The translations under genes and the position numbers were made by a program. A stretch of DNA of 64,000 bases from an uncultured Candidatus Saccharibacteria bacterium. Its GTDB lineage: Bacteria; Patescibacteriota; Minisyncoccia; Phycocordibacterales; DATDWN01. The first letter of the stretch is position 1. Each line of letters opens with the position of its first letter. Positions 44,202 to 54,120 of the stretch are shown piece by piece. The notes beneath the pieces were generated by a model. It did not search any database and was not told where the DNA came from. It worked only from the letters and a program-made list of their open reading frames with translations. The stretch lies in contig CAYRRP010000003.1 of the NCBI GenBank assembly GCA_964426735.1, forward strand, positions 77,378 through 141,377, written 5' to 3'.

Positions 44202-45758
44202 ATGTCTATTTCTCAAATATACAGCGCTCAGACAAACCTCCTCGATGCCTCCATAGTGACTATAGAAGTGGACCTCTCAAAGGGGCTCCACTCTTTTTCT
44301 ATAGTAGGACTTGCAGGGAAAGCGGTGGATGAAGCAAAAGACCGCGTATCTTCTGCAATTAAAAATACCGGTTTTACTTCACCAAAAAGTAAAAACCAAA
44401 AAGTTGTTGTATCACTTGCTCCCGCTGATATCAAAAAAGAAGGACCTGCATTTGATCTCGGTATTGCTGTCGGATATTTGTGTGCCTCAGGAGACATTCA
44501 AGCGGATATGAAGAAGACTGTGTGTATTGGTGAACTTTCACTCGATGGAAGTATTCGAAAAGTGAAGGGTATTATCCCGATGATTATCGAGGCTCGAAAA
44601 AGAGGTTTTACTGATTGTATTATTCCAAAAGAAAATAGTATTGAGGCATCAGTGATACCTGACATCACCATATATCCCGCAGAAACATTACGTGAAGTGA
44701 TTGGTCATATTCACACAAACCCTCATGGAGAAAAATGGCCTGGAATAGAAAGTACTCCTATACCAACTCTTGAAATACACACTCCTGAAATCCACCTCGC
44801 GCACAATGATGTCGATATGCAGGATGTCGCGGGACAAGAGGTAGCAAAGCGCGCACTCGAAATAGCGGCGGCAGGTGGACATAATATTATTATGTATGGC
44901 CCACCAGGAACAGGAAAAACGATGCTCGCTAAAGCATGCAAAGGATTACTTCCTGAACTTTCTTTTGATGATATGCTCGAAGTTACATCGATTCACTCAC
45001 TTCACAATGGAGGAGGGGATTTGATAACCGCTGCACCGTTTCGTGCACCACACCATACTGCATCATATGTATCAGTGGTCGGAGGTGGTTCAAGCCCACG
45101 ACCAGGAGAAGTAACTCTGGCGCACAAAGGAGTACTTTTTTTGGATGAGATGCCCGAGTTTAGTACACAAGTACTCGAAACACTTCGTGAACCACTCGAA
45201 GAAAAGAAGGTGCGTATCAGTCGAGCAAAAGGAAGTGTAGTATACCCTGCACAATTTATCCTCGTGGGAGCAATGAATCCGTGTCCCTGTGGATACTATG
45301 GAGTGAAGGGAAAGGAATGTATTTGTTCACCGATTCATATTCAAAAATACAAACGAAAACTTTCGGGACCAATCGCTGATCGTATTGATATATGGGTTGA
45401 AGTAAATACAGTCGAACACTCAGAGCTTACAAAAAAGGGGACAGGTGAAACAACGGCCGATATTAAAAAACGTGTTCAAGCAGCTCGAAATATCCAAAAA
45501 AATCGATATATCGAAAAAGGAATCAGTCTCAACAGCGAACTCTCCGGCAAACAGCTTGTTGAAATGATTCACCTCTCTCCTGAAGCAAAAGGAATACTGG
45601 AAGCATCAGCAAAAAAGTTTGATATTTCAGCACGTGCATATCATCGAATCATCAAAACCGCACAAACAATTGCCGACCTTGCAGAAAGTGTACATATCCA
45701 ACCAGAGCATATTCTCGAAGCATTACAATATCGCCCAAAAGCGTATCAGATTATTTAA
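44202..45758 (+). CDS. comM: YifB/ComM-family Mg-chelatase-like AAA+ ATPase
   Basis: N-terminal Lon-like domain, Walker A GPPGTGKT, and a C-terminal Mg_chelatase_C region. Confidence 0.9.
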   Translation: MSISQIYSAQTNLLDASIVTIEVDLSKGLHSFSIVGLAGKAVDEAKDRVSSAIKNTGFTSPKSKNQKVVVSLAPADIKKEGPAFDLGIAVGYLCASGDIQADMKKTVCIGELSLDGSIRKVKGIIPMIIEARKRGFTDCIIPKENSIEASVIPDITIYPAETLREVIGHIHTNPHGEKWPGIESTPIPTLEIHTPEIHLAHNDVDMQDVAGQEVAKRALEIAAAGGHNIIMYGPPGTGKTMLAKACKGLLPELSFDDMLEVTSIHSLHNGGGDLITAAPFRAPHHTASYVSVVGGGSSPRPGEVTLAHKGVLFLDEMPEFSTQVLETLREPLEEKKVRISRAKGSVVYPAQFILVGAMNPCPCGYYGVKGKECICSPIHIQKYKRKLSGPIADRIDIWVEVNTVEHSELTKKGTGETTADIKKRVQAARNIQKNRYIEKGISLNSELSGKQLVEMIHLSPEAKGILEASAKKFDISARAYHRIIKTAQTIADLAESVHIQPEHILEALQYRPKAYQII

Positions 45759-45796
45759 ATTGATACTGGATTAAAAGATTAAGGATTAAAGGAAAA

Positions 45797-45823
45797 GGCG
45801 CATCCACAGGATGCGCCTCTTTA
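45797..45823. terminator. bidirectional intrinsic terminator GGCGCATCC-acag-GGATGCGCC
   Basis: A 9-bp GC stem between convergent genes, with T-rich flanks. Confidence 0.7.
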
Positions 45824-45837
45824 GAACACATAATCTG

Positions 45838-46131
45838 TCAGCCAGCAGGGAAGTAGCGAGCAAGTACAGCACCCACTGTCACACAGGTCATGTATATCCC
45901 CACAAACCCAGGAACCCCTAAGGTAATCTTCCATTTCTGGAGACCTTGAGAATAGTTATGGTAAGTGACAAGCACTCCCAACATCTGGTTGAAAGCCAAC
46001 ATCAAAAGCAAAACAAACACCGCTCCGAGAACATTGGCAGATGTTAGTGGTATGGAAAAAAAGACCCATGCCCCTAAAACAACAATAACCCACAGCACAA
46101 CCGAGATCTGATAGAACCGAGATACTTTCAT
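45838..46131 (-). CDS. small integral membrane hypothetical protein (97 aa)
   Basis: Three TM helices. Confidence 0.4.
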   Translation of the reverse strand: MKVSRFYQISVVLWVIVVLGAWVFFSIPLTSANVLGAVFVLLLMLAFNQMLGVLVTYHNYSQGLQKWKITLGVPGFVGIYMTCVTVGAVLARYFPAG

Positions 46132-46327
46132 TGGTTACTCCTAAGTAACATTATACAATAATTATGTAAATTAAGCAATAAAAATGTTTTTGGCTTTTAA
46201 AAGTATAAAACTTTCACAATTTCGCCAAGGTCGCTTATGAAATTTTAAAATATTCCTCACCTTACAACGAGTAAGGTTCGTCATATTTTAAAATTTCAGA
46301 AGATGAGATTGGTGAAATTTGGAAGTT

Positions 46328-47506
46328 TTAGAATGGGTTTCGGGCACCTCGTACTTCGAAATGGAGATGAGTCCCCGTCGACTTTCCTGTCGATCCCATG
46401 TTTCCAATTACCTGACCTTGAGATACATTTTGCCCTACTGAGACTTGCACACCTGAAAGGTGAGCATAGAGGGTTTGTGTACCATTTCCATGTTTAATAA
46501 CCACATACGAACCGTATCCTCCATTGTACCCACTACTTTTAGCAACAATCACTTCTCCATCTGCAGCAGCAAGAATATCTGAACCAAAATGAGAAACGAG
46601 GTCAACACCATTGTGTCCATGTATACCCTGACTCTTCACTCCACCCACAATCGGACGAATATAATATCCACTATATGAAGGTGCAGAAAGATACTGTTGA
46701 ACTTTCTTCACAGATGTTGATGTGGTTGTTTTTGTCGTAGAATGCCCAGAGAACATTTCTCCATCAGGGATAATAACAACATCACCCACTGAAAGTTTTT
46801 CACCGGCAGTAAGATCATTAAACTGAGTGATTTCTTCAAGATCCCCACTGTATTTCTTGGCGATAGATTGTAGCGTATCTCCTTTTTTAACCACATGACG
46901 TACTCCAGAAACAGGAAGAATAACCAATCGATCACCAGGGGATACTGTATTTCCTGAAATATCGTTTGACCATACAATTGTATTTGTTGTCACATTAAAC
47001 ATCTTGGCGATTCCAGAAAGAGTGTCTCCTTTTCGTACCACATAAATAGTAATCTGATCTGACGACAGATGATCTTTTGCTGTTGCAGCAACACCAGAAG
47101 TCTCAGCAAGCAATGATGAGTCATCAACAATAGCAATATCACCACCACCAAGAGGTTGGTTTGATGGTGCAGTAGCCGCTTGAAGTAAAGCCATATTTTG
47201 TGAATTTTGGACAAATTCAACATCAGCCGATGCATCTTTAAACATACCAAACACAAAAGATCTGATCCCTGCAGAGGCAACAAAAGGGATAGCGATAAGC
47301 AGACATGCAAAAATAAACTTTGTGAAAAGTTTTATTATAGATTCTTTGTCCGCACCCTTATCGTATGACCCAACTCGACTTCTCCGTACTTTACGGACTG
47401 TCTTGTTTTTTAGACCATTTTGATGAGGAGCTTCTTGTGAGTTTCCCCTAATACGCGTTATGTTAGTTTCAATTCTGCATTTCTGTAAATGGCTCTGTTG
47501 AGCCAT
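46328..47506 (-). CDS. LysM-domain peptidoglycan DD-metalloendopeptidase (peptidase M23)
   Basis: Two LysM repeats (GDTLSGIAKMF, GDTLQSIAKKY) and M23 motifs HGHNGVD…HLHFEV. Confidence 0.85.
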   Translation of the reverse strand: MAQQSHLQKCRIETNITRIRGNSQEAPHQNGLKNKTVRKVRRSRVGSYDKGADKESIIKLFTKFIFACLLIAIPFVASAGIRSFVFGMFKDASADVEFVQNSQNMALLQAATAPSNQPLGGGDIAIVDDSSLLAETSGVAATAKDHLSSDQITIYVVRKGDTLSGIAKMFNVTTNTIVWSNDISGNTVSPGDRLVILPVSGVRHVVKKGDTLQSIAKKYSGDLEEITQFNDLTAGEKLSVGDVVIIPDGEMFSGHSTTKTTTSTSVKKVQQYLSAPSYSGYYIRPIVGGVKSQGIHGHNGVDLVSHFGSDILAAADGEVIVAKSSGYNGGYGSYVVIKHGNGTQTLYAHLSGVQVSVGQNVSQGQVIGNMGSTGKSTGTHLHFEVRGARNPF

Positions 47507-47587
47507 TTTTTACGACTGTATTTCTGAAGAACTTCTTAAGTATACCTAAAGGGATACATCGGTCAACTAGACCTATCCACACAAACT

Positions 47588-49585
47588 ATGGTCAGACTTT
47601 ATGATATAGTAAGCCCCATGGACGCAACGAAAGACTACCTTTCAGGATTGAATGCTAAACAAAAATCTGCGGTACTTACCACAGAAGGCCCGGTACTTAT
47701 CGTAGCAGGCGCAGGAGCAGGGAAAACCAAGACTATAACTCACAGAATACTCCATCTTATAAAAAACGGGGTACACCCCCACAATATTCTCGCGATTACG
47801 TTTACAAATAAAGCAGGAAAGGAAATGCGTGAGCGAGTGGAGCATTTACTTGCCGCTGACCCTATGCTCCGTGCCCAGCACCACAATGCAGCACCTTTTG
47901 TGAGCACGTTCCACTCACTCGGGGTATTTATCATCAAACAATGGGCTGACCGATTGGGACTTCCGAGACATTTTGGTATTTTTGATAAAACAGATTCAAA
48001 AAAAGCACTGAAAAAGGCACTCGAATCACTGAATGTAGAACCAAAAGAACATCTCGATAAAGTAGCAAGTATTATCTCTCGAGAAAAAGGACTTGGAGTA
48101 TCGTACCAAGAATTTGCTTCACGTCAGAGTTATGATTTTACATCTGATATCACTGCTCGTGCATGGAATATATATGAATCAACACTCAAGAAAGAAAAAG
48201 CTCTCGATTTTGATGACCTGCTTCTCAAATCACTCGAACTTCTTGAACAACACCTTGACATACGTACGTATTATCAAAACCTGTGGCACTATGTACATAT
48301 TGATGAATACCAAGATACAAATAAAGTACAAAATAAAATTGCCGAACTGATCTCTGAAAAACATCGTAATATTTGTGTAGTAGGGGATACAGATCAAAAT
48401 ATTTATAGTTGGCGAGGAGCTGAGATCAAGAACATGCTCTCGTTTGAAAAAAAATATACTGATGCTCACGTCATACTGCTTGAGCAAAATTATCGTTCAA
48501 CAAAAATGATTTTGGATGTTGCAAATGATATTATTTCAAAAAATAAATGGCGTATTCCCAAAAAACTTTTCACTGAAAACACCAAAGGGGAAAAGGTGAG
48601 TGTGTATGAAGCATTCAATGAAGTAGACGAGGCTCATTTCATAGCACAAAAAAGTAAAGAGTTAATCGACCAAGGAACATCATCAGATGAAATCGCTGTT
48701 CTTTTTCGCGCGAACTTCCAATCACGAATCCTTGAAGAAGCATTTCTCGCATATGGAGTGTCGTACCAAATGCTTGGGACAAAATTCTTTGAACGTAAAG
48801 AAATTAAAGATATGCTTTCGTATATTAAATCCGCACTCAACCCAGAAAGTAGTATTGATTTGGCACGCATTATCAATGTGCCGCCACGTGGTATTGGTAA
48901 AGTCACACTTGATAAAATAGAAGCTGGCGAATTTGATTCTCTTCCCACTAAAACTCAGGAAAAAATAAGATTATTTAAAGAAATGCTTGCTCGTATTAAA
49001 GATTTTATCCTGAGTCATAAAACCTCCGAATCAATTCGTTTTATTGTGGAAATTTCAGGAATAGCGAAAGCGTACACAGAAGGAAATGACGAGGATCAGG
49101 AACGTCTCGAAAACATTATGGAGCTTGTCACACTTGCAACAGGATATGATGAATTACTTCCAGAAGAAGGTATCGAGATGCTCCTTACTGATGCTGCGCT
49201 TGTATCGGATCAAGACTCTCTTAAAAAAGAAACTTCTGGGGTTAAACTTATGACTGTCCACTCATCCAAAGGACTTGAATTTGATACTGTGTTCATTTCA
49301 GGTATGGAGGAAGGTTTATTTCCTCATCAACGCCTTGGCGAAAAGAAAAAAGAAGGTGAGGATAGCGAAGAAGAACGACGCCTCTTTTATGTAGCAGTCA
49401 CCCGTGCTCGAAAAAAACTCTATCTCACACTCGCTCAAATGCGTACGATTTTTGGAAACAAACAGATTAACACCCCATCTCATTTTATCGGAGATATCAA
49501 TGAAGATTTTCTTGATCATGAAAAGAAAAGTATGCTGGGGCCTATGGGTAATGCAGGCGGGAAGTATTTTAGTATTGATTTCTAG
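47588..49585 (+). CDS. pcrA: ATP-dependent DNA helicase PcrA/UvrD
   Basis: Walker A AGAGAGKT, and UvrD-family motifs throughout the 665 aa. Confidence 0.9.
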   Translation: MVRLYDIVSPMDATKDYLSGLNAKQKSAVLTTEGPVLIVAGAGAGKTKTITHRILHLIKNGVHPHNILAITFTNKAGKEMRERVEHLLAADPMLRAQHHNAAPFVSTFHSLGVFIIKQWADRLGLPRHFGIFDKTDSKKALKKALESLNVEPKEHLDKVASIISREKGLGVSYQEFASRQSYDFTSDITARAWNIYESTLKKEKALDFDDLLLKSLELLEQHLDIRTYYQNLWHYVHIDEYQDTNKVQNKIAELISEKHRNICVVGDTDQNIYSWRGAEIKNMLSFEKKYTDAHVILLEQNYRSTKMILDVANDIISKNKWRIPKKLFTENTKGEKVSVYEAFNEVDEAHFIAQKSKELIDQGTSSDEIAVLFRANFQSRILEEAFLAYGVSYQMLGTKFFERKEIKDMLSYIKSALNPESSIDLARIINVPPRGIGKVTLDKIEAGEFDSLPTKTQEKIRLFKEMLARIKDFILSHKTSESIRFIVEISGIAKAYTEGNDEDQERLENIMELVTLATGYDELLPEEGIEMLLTDAALVSDQDSLKKETSGVKLMTVHSSKGLEFDTVFISGMEEGLFPHQRLGEKKKEGEDSEEERRLFYVAVTRARKKLYLTLAQMRTIFGNKQINTPSHFIGDINEDFLDHEKKSMLGPMGNAGGKYFSIDF

Positions 49586-49664
49586 TCTACCTAGAAATTT
49601 TCTCAGATTAAGAACTCTCAAAAACTCATTCGCCAAGCTATGTATGCTGTGTTAGATTAAACTT

Positions 49665-50450
49665 ATGAAAGCTAAAAAGTCACTCGGGCAACATTTCCTC
49701 ACTTCAGAAGCAGCGGTGCATCATATAGTCACCGCATCAGGTGCTAAAAAAGGAGATACGATCCTTGAAATTGGCCCCGGGAAAGGTGTGCTCACTAAGG
49801 CATTACTCGCTACTGGTGCATCTGTCGCAGTGGTAGAAAAAGATGATCGCATGGTACCAGTTTTGTCGGAGACTTTTGTACAAGAAATCAAAGATGGTCA
49901 ACTCACTATTATTCATGGAGATATCTTAACAACCAACATTGAAAAGATACTAAGTGAACCATACTCTGTTGTGGCAAATATTCCGTATTACATTACAGGG
50001 GAAATAATGCGTCTCTTTTTGGAACACAACCACCAACCAAAAAGTATGACATTACTTGTTCAAAAAGAAGTTGCGGAGCGTATTGTTGCTCGCGACAAAA
50101 AAGAAAGTGTACTTTCACTTTCAGTAAAAGCATTTGGCGCACCATCTCTTATATCGGTAGTAAAAAAGGGATCATTTTTTCCAATACCAAACGTTGATTC
50201 TGCCATTATTCATATCGCAGATATTTCGCGAACAAAACTTGGCACAGTATCACCTGAACATTTTTTCGCTGTGGTGAAAACAGGTCTTGCGCATAAGCGA
50301 AAAATTCTTATTTCAAATCTGAAGGACTTATACACAAAAGACACGCTTTCACGTGTCTTTGCAGAACTTTCTTTATCTGAAGATGTACGGGGAGAAGACC
50401 TTGATGTTTCTACATGGATCAACCTTTCCCGTATACTCCAACAGTATTAA
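49665..50450 (+). CDS. rsmA: 16S rRNA (adenine1518/1519-N6)-dimethyltransferase
   Basis: KSLGQHFL…ILEIGPGKGVLT… is the KsgA signature. Confidence 0.9.
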   Translation: MKAKKSLGQHFLTSEAAVHHIVTASGAKKGDTILEIGPGKGVLTKALLATGASVAVVEKDDRMVPVLSETFVQEIKDGQLTIIHGDILTTNIEKILSEPYSVVANIPYYITGEIMRLFLEHNHQPKSMTLLVQKEVAERIVARDKKESVLSLSVKAFGAPSLISVVKKGSFFPIPNVDSAIIHIADISRTKLGTVSPEHFFAVVKTGLAHKRKILISNLKDLYTKDTLSRVFAELSLSEDVRGEDLDVSTWINLSRILQQY

Positions 50451-51745
50451 TTGCAAGGTTTTGTCAATGCATCCCAATCATAGTATGCATTGTTGAATGA
50501 TCCGAAAAGGTTTGCATACTCTGTGTTTCCTCCTGCTGTTCCCGGGAGAGATTGTAAATAATTAAACTTTCCTTGATTTTGCCGATTGAGGTCAAGCGCA
50601 TTTGTTGCTGTAAATGAGAAAAGTGGGGGAACATAATACGGATCACTCGGAGTACTGTATGCAAGATTGTTTAACGTAACAGTCCATGTGTTATCGCTGT
50701 TTTTCTTAAACATATATACATATTTACCATTCTTCATACCTGATCGTGGGGCAGAACATGATGAGGTTGAAGTTTGTGTGGTGGTTACTATTGCTGAAGC
50801 AGGCACAATACATGCTGAATTTAGGTATGCTCGAGTTTTTTCTCCCACTACGCCAGTACCTTGAGTAAGTCCGAGGATACTGAGTATTTCAGTTGCATGC
50901 GCCTCCTGGAATCTTTTCACTGCAGTCATTACTGTAGAGTCAAACGTTGATGTAGTTTGATTTAAAAACCCACCCTGCTTAAGCGCATAACTCAATGCAA
51001 ACACATCGTTTCCAGAATTACCAAAAGACAGGTTGTTAGAAAAAGAGTAACACTGAGAGTTTGAGGTTATGTTTATATTTGTTCCGTTTGTTTCCGAAGA
51101 AGTTGCTCTTCTTGTCACAAAACTCCCAATATCAATACCGTATGTATTTTTATACGTATTCACCAAATTAGCATAGAGAGAATTTAATGCGCTTAATAAT
51201 GCAGAAGATGCTCGCGTTGTTACATCTGCTGCAGAAGATTCTTGGTTTTTTGTTGAGCCAACAGAAGATGCTGGCACAGGAAGAGCGCCCTCTGGAGCAG
51301 TACACGTATATGCACCATTTACATAATATGGTGCTTTGCCTCCACACTGAGCAAATGCTTTTCCATAAGCAAGTTCTGTTTTTAAAATATCCCAACCAGG
51401 ATTTACACTCTGGATAATAGCATTTGAACCTGGTGCAGCTGTAAACCCAGCAAGTAAATACGCACCATGTCCTGTAGAACCATTGACTGTACATACTCCA
51501 TTAAGAATATAGTCTTTCCCTGATGTAGGGTCGACAAATCCTGCAAGACCAAGTTGTTCCACCTTACAACTCATATCATACCCAAGCGCCTCTCCCTGAG
51601 CTATAGCTTTATTAACACAATCTTGTGCTGCTACTGGATCTGTACGTATCTCACCTGTACAAGTGCCTGTTGTACTTTGTGCATTAGATAAAGATGGTGC
51701 ACACATCCATACCATTAAAAAACCAAAAAGAAGTATTTTTTTCAT
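50447..51745 (-). CDS. secreted Cys-rich protein with a peptidoglycan-binding (PG_binding_1-like) domain
   Basis: Signal peptide MKKILLFGFLMVWMCAPSLS. …ALKQGGFLNQ…TVMTAVKRFQEAH…GVVGEKTRAYL matches the PG-binding repeat pattern. Confidence 0.55.
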   Translation of the reverse strand: MKKILLFGFLMVWMCAPSLSNAQSTTGTCTGEIRTDPVAAQDCVNKAIAQGEALGYDMSCKVEQLGLAGFVDPTSGKDYILNGVCTVNGSTGHGAYLLAGFTAAPGSNAIIQSVNPGWDILKTELAYGKAFAQCGGKAPYYVNGAYTCTAPEGALPVPASSVGSTKNQESSAADVTTRASSALLSALNSLYANLVNTYKNTYGIDIGSFVTRRATSSETNGTNINITSNSQCYSFSNNLSFGNSGNDVFALSYALKQGGFLNQTTSTFDSTVMTAVKRFQEAHATEILSILGLTQGTGVVGEKTRAYLNSACIVPASAIVTTTQTSTSSCSAPRSGMKNGKYVYMFKKNSDNTWTVTLNNLAYSTPSDPYYVPPLFSFTATNALDLNRQNQGKFNYLQSLPGTAGGNTEYANLFGSFNNAYYDWDALTKPCN

Positions 51746-51802
51746 AATTTCTGTGAATAATAATTACTGTTGATTATACCACTGTGTTATACTAAAAACA
51801 CC

Positions 51803-52723
51803 ATGACACATCAAAAAGTGTTAGTAACTCTCATTCTATGTGCAGGTCTTATTACCTCTGTTTTCCTTATATCAAAAACAGAAAAATCTAATGAAAAGAG
51901 TGTAAAAAATGATTCTACTCAACAAAACATAAACCTTTTAGCTACAATTGATAAAAAAGCTGATTCTGATACTGACGGAGATGGTTTAAAGGATTGGGAG
52001 GAAAGTCTGATTAACACCAACCCTCAACTCAAAGATACTGATGATGATGGTACGTCAGACGGAGATGAAGTGGTTCAAAACCGAGATCCTCGAAAAAAAG
52101 CTCCAAATGACAAAAATATCACTCAAAACACAATAACAGAATCCACCTTAACAGATGAAACTCTTACCGAAAGGGTGTCGAGAGACTTTTTTAGTCGATA
52201 TTTAATCGCAAAACAACAAAACATAGATATTACGCCGGAGGAAGCATCTGTGATTGCACAACAAGTAGTCGCAAATATTCCAGGCACTATTGAGGTAAAA
52301 GCATACGGAATAAAAGATATTGTGATTACACCTAACAACTCAGAACAAAGCAGGCTTGCATATGCAAAACAAATGAGTGACATATTGGTTAATAACTCAC
52401 CTCAATTCACAGAAAATAGCTTGGAAATTGTCGGGCGTATCATACAAAACCCTACCGAAAACGACAAAAAGAAACTTGCAACTATCCTCGCAAGCTATAA
52501 AACAATTCTTTCTAAGACGCTTGCGATAGCTGTACCAAGTACAGTTGTACCTGAGCACCTTGTATATATCAACACATTATCTTCAATTTATTCAAACTTG
52601 GCTGAAATAGAGCAAATGACGGTTGATCCAATCAAAGGATATGTAGCATACTCACATTATTCCAATTTTCTCATCAAAATATCAATTGCATTTGAAAATC
52701 TCAAGAAAGCTTCAGGTGTCTAG
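51803..52723 (+). CDS. membrane-anchored protein with thrombospondin-type-3-like DxDxDG calcium-binding repeats
   Basis: DSDTDGDGLKDWEE and DTDDDGTSDGDEV repeats. N-terminal TM. The start is taken at MTHQKV. Confidence 0.5.
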   Translation: MTHQKVLVTLILCAGLITSVFLISKTEKSNEKSVKNDSTQQNINLLATIDKKADSDTDGDGLKDWEESLINTNPQLKDTDDDGTSDGDEVVQNRDPRKKAPNDKNITQNTITESTLTDETLTERVSRDFFSRYLIAKQQNIDITPEEASVIAQQVVANIPGTIEVKAYGIKDIVITPNNSEQSRLAYAKQMSDILVNNSPQFTENSLEIVGRIIQNPTENDKKKLATILASYKTILSKTLAIAVPSTVVPEHLVYINTLSSIYSNLAEIEQMTVDPIKGYVAYSHYSNFLIKISIAFENLKKASGV

Positions 52724-52800
52724 TACGGGTGTAATTGTTTTCAACAGATAAGAGACTAGAGGGGTAGCACCATACCTCACTCGTACTATATACTATATAT

Positions 52801-54114
52801 ATGTTGTACCCCTCATTTTTCTCAAAAAAAGTACTGTCAAGTGTTTTAATGCTCTGCCTCATATTACCCTTTGGTTTTCTCTTTAATCCAACAACAGCAA
52901 ATGCCCAATGGGTAGTATGGGATCCAGGTAATAATGCAACTGCAGTAGCAGGATGGGCATCAATGATCCCAAACACAACTGCAAACGTAATTAACACAGT
53001 CAAAGAACAAGGTCTTGATGCAATCGGGTATATTATTGCAAAGGCAGTATTAAGTAAAATGACTGCATCCACTGTAAACTGGATTAACACAGGCTTTCAA
53101 GGTAACCCAAGTTTCCTTACAGACCCCGAGAGATTTTTTGGAAATATTGGAGACCAAGTCGCTACTCAGTATTTATTAGGAGCAAATTCTCCATTAAACC
53201 AACTCTGTAGCCCTTTTAAAGCAGAGGTGCGTCTTGCATTGGTTAAAAACTATCTTCAAGAAAACACTTTTCAGTCACAATGTACCTTTTCTGCAATCGG
53301 GGCAAATTTTGAAAGTTTTACCCGAGACTTTACTCAAGGAGGGTGGGATGCTTGGTTTACCATGACCCAGCAAGATCAAAACAACCCCTATGGTGCATAT
53401 CTACAAGCAAAACAACAGCTTTCATTACAAATTGGAACTCAACAAAATAAATATCAAACACAAGTTGCAAATGGTAATGGCTTTCTTTCTTATGAACGTT
53501 GCCGTCGGGACTACATACCTCCGGCAAATGTTGCAAATAGACAATGTATAAAATATGAACCTCTTACTGTAGGAGGAGGAGAGCCAAAGTGTCTGGCATA
53601 CGAGATAGCTGATCCGAATGGTCTTGGTTATGATGACTGCCCTGCATCAGAAAAAGAAGTAGTGACCCCAGGAAGTGTAATCAATGAACAACTTGGTAAA
53701 GCTCTTGGTTCGAGTTTTGCCCAACTCGAAGCTGCAGATGAGCTTAATGAAATTGTAAATGCACTGATGGTACAACTTGTGAATAAAACATTTAGTAGTA
53801 TAGGAAATGGTCTTCGTGGTTTGAGCTCTTCAAATTCTACAAATACAAAAAGTGCAACTCAACAACTCCAAGATGCTGTTAATACTTCCAGCTCTGAACT
53901 TGGATTAGATACAGTAGTAACTACAACACAAGCACTACAGAATGCAGCTAATACAATCCCTACAGAATTTCAACCTGGATCAACTTCCCAAACTCCTGAC
54001 CCTGCAGCAATACAAAGGGCAGTAGATGAAGAGACTGAACGTTTTAGACAGCAATACTGCGCCCAAAATCCAGCAAATTGTCCCTCAAATACAAACGGTA
54101 ACGAAAATCCTTAG
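52801..54114 (+). CDS. secreted hypothetical protein (437 aa), first gene of the type IV secretion-like cluster
   Basis: Signal peptide and a Gln/Asn/Thr-rich C-terminus. No recognised domain. Confidence 0.5.
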   Translation: MLYPSFFSKKVLSSVLMLCLILPFGFLFNPTTANAQWVVWDPGNNATAVAGWASMIPNTTANVINTVKEQGLDAIGYIIAKAVLSKMTASTVNWINTGFQGNPSFLTDPERFFGNIGDQVATQYLLGANSPLNQLCSPFKAEVRLALVKNYLQENTFQSQCTFSAIGANFESFTRDFTQGGWDAWFTMTQQDQNNPYGAYLQAKQQLSLQIGTQQNKYQTQVANGNGFLSYERCRRDYIPPANVANRQCIKYEPLTVGGGEPKCLAYEIADPNGLGYDDCPASEKEVVTPGSVINEQLGKALGSSFAQLEAADELNEIVNALMVQLVNKTFSSIGNGLRGLSSSNSTNTKSATQQLQDAVNTSSSELGLDTVVTTTQALQNAANTIPTEFQPGSTSQTPDPAAIQRAVDEETERFRQQYCAQNPANCPSNTNGNENP

Positions 54115-54120
54115 TATTCC

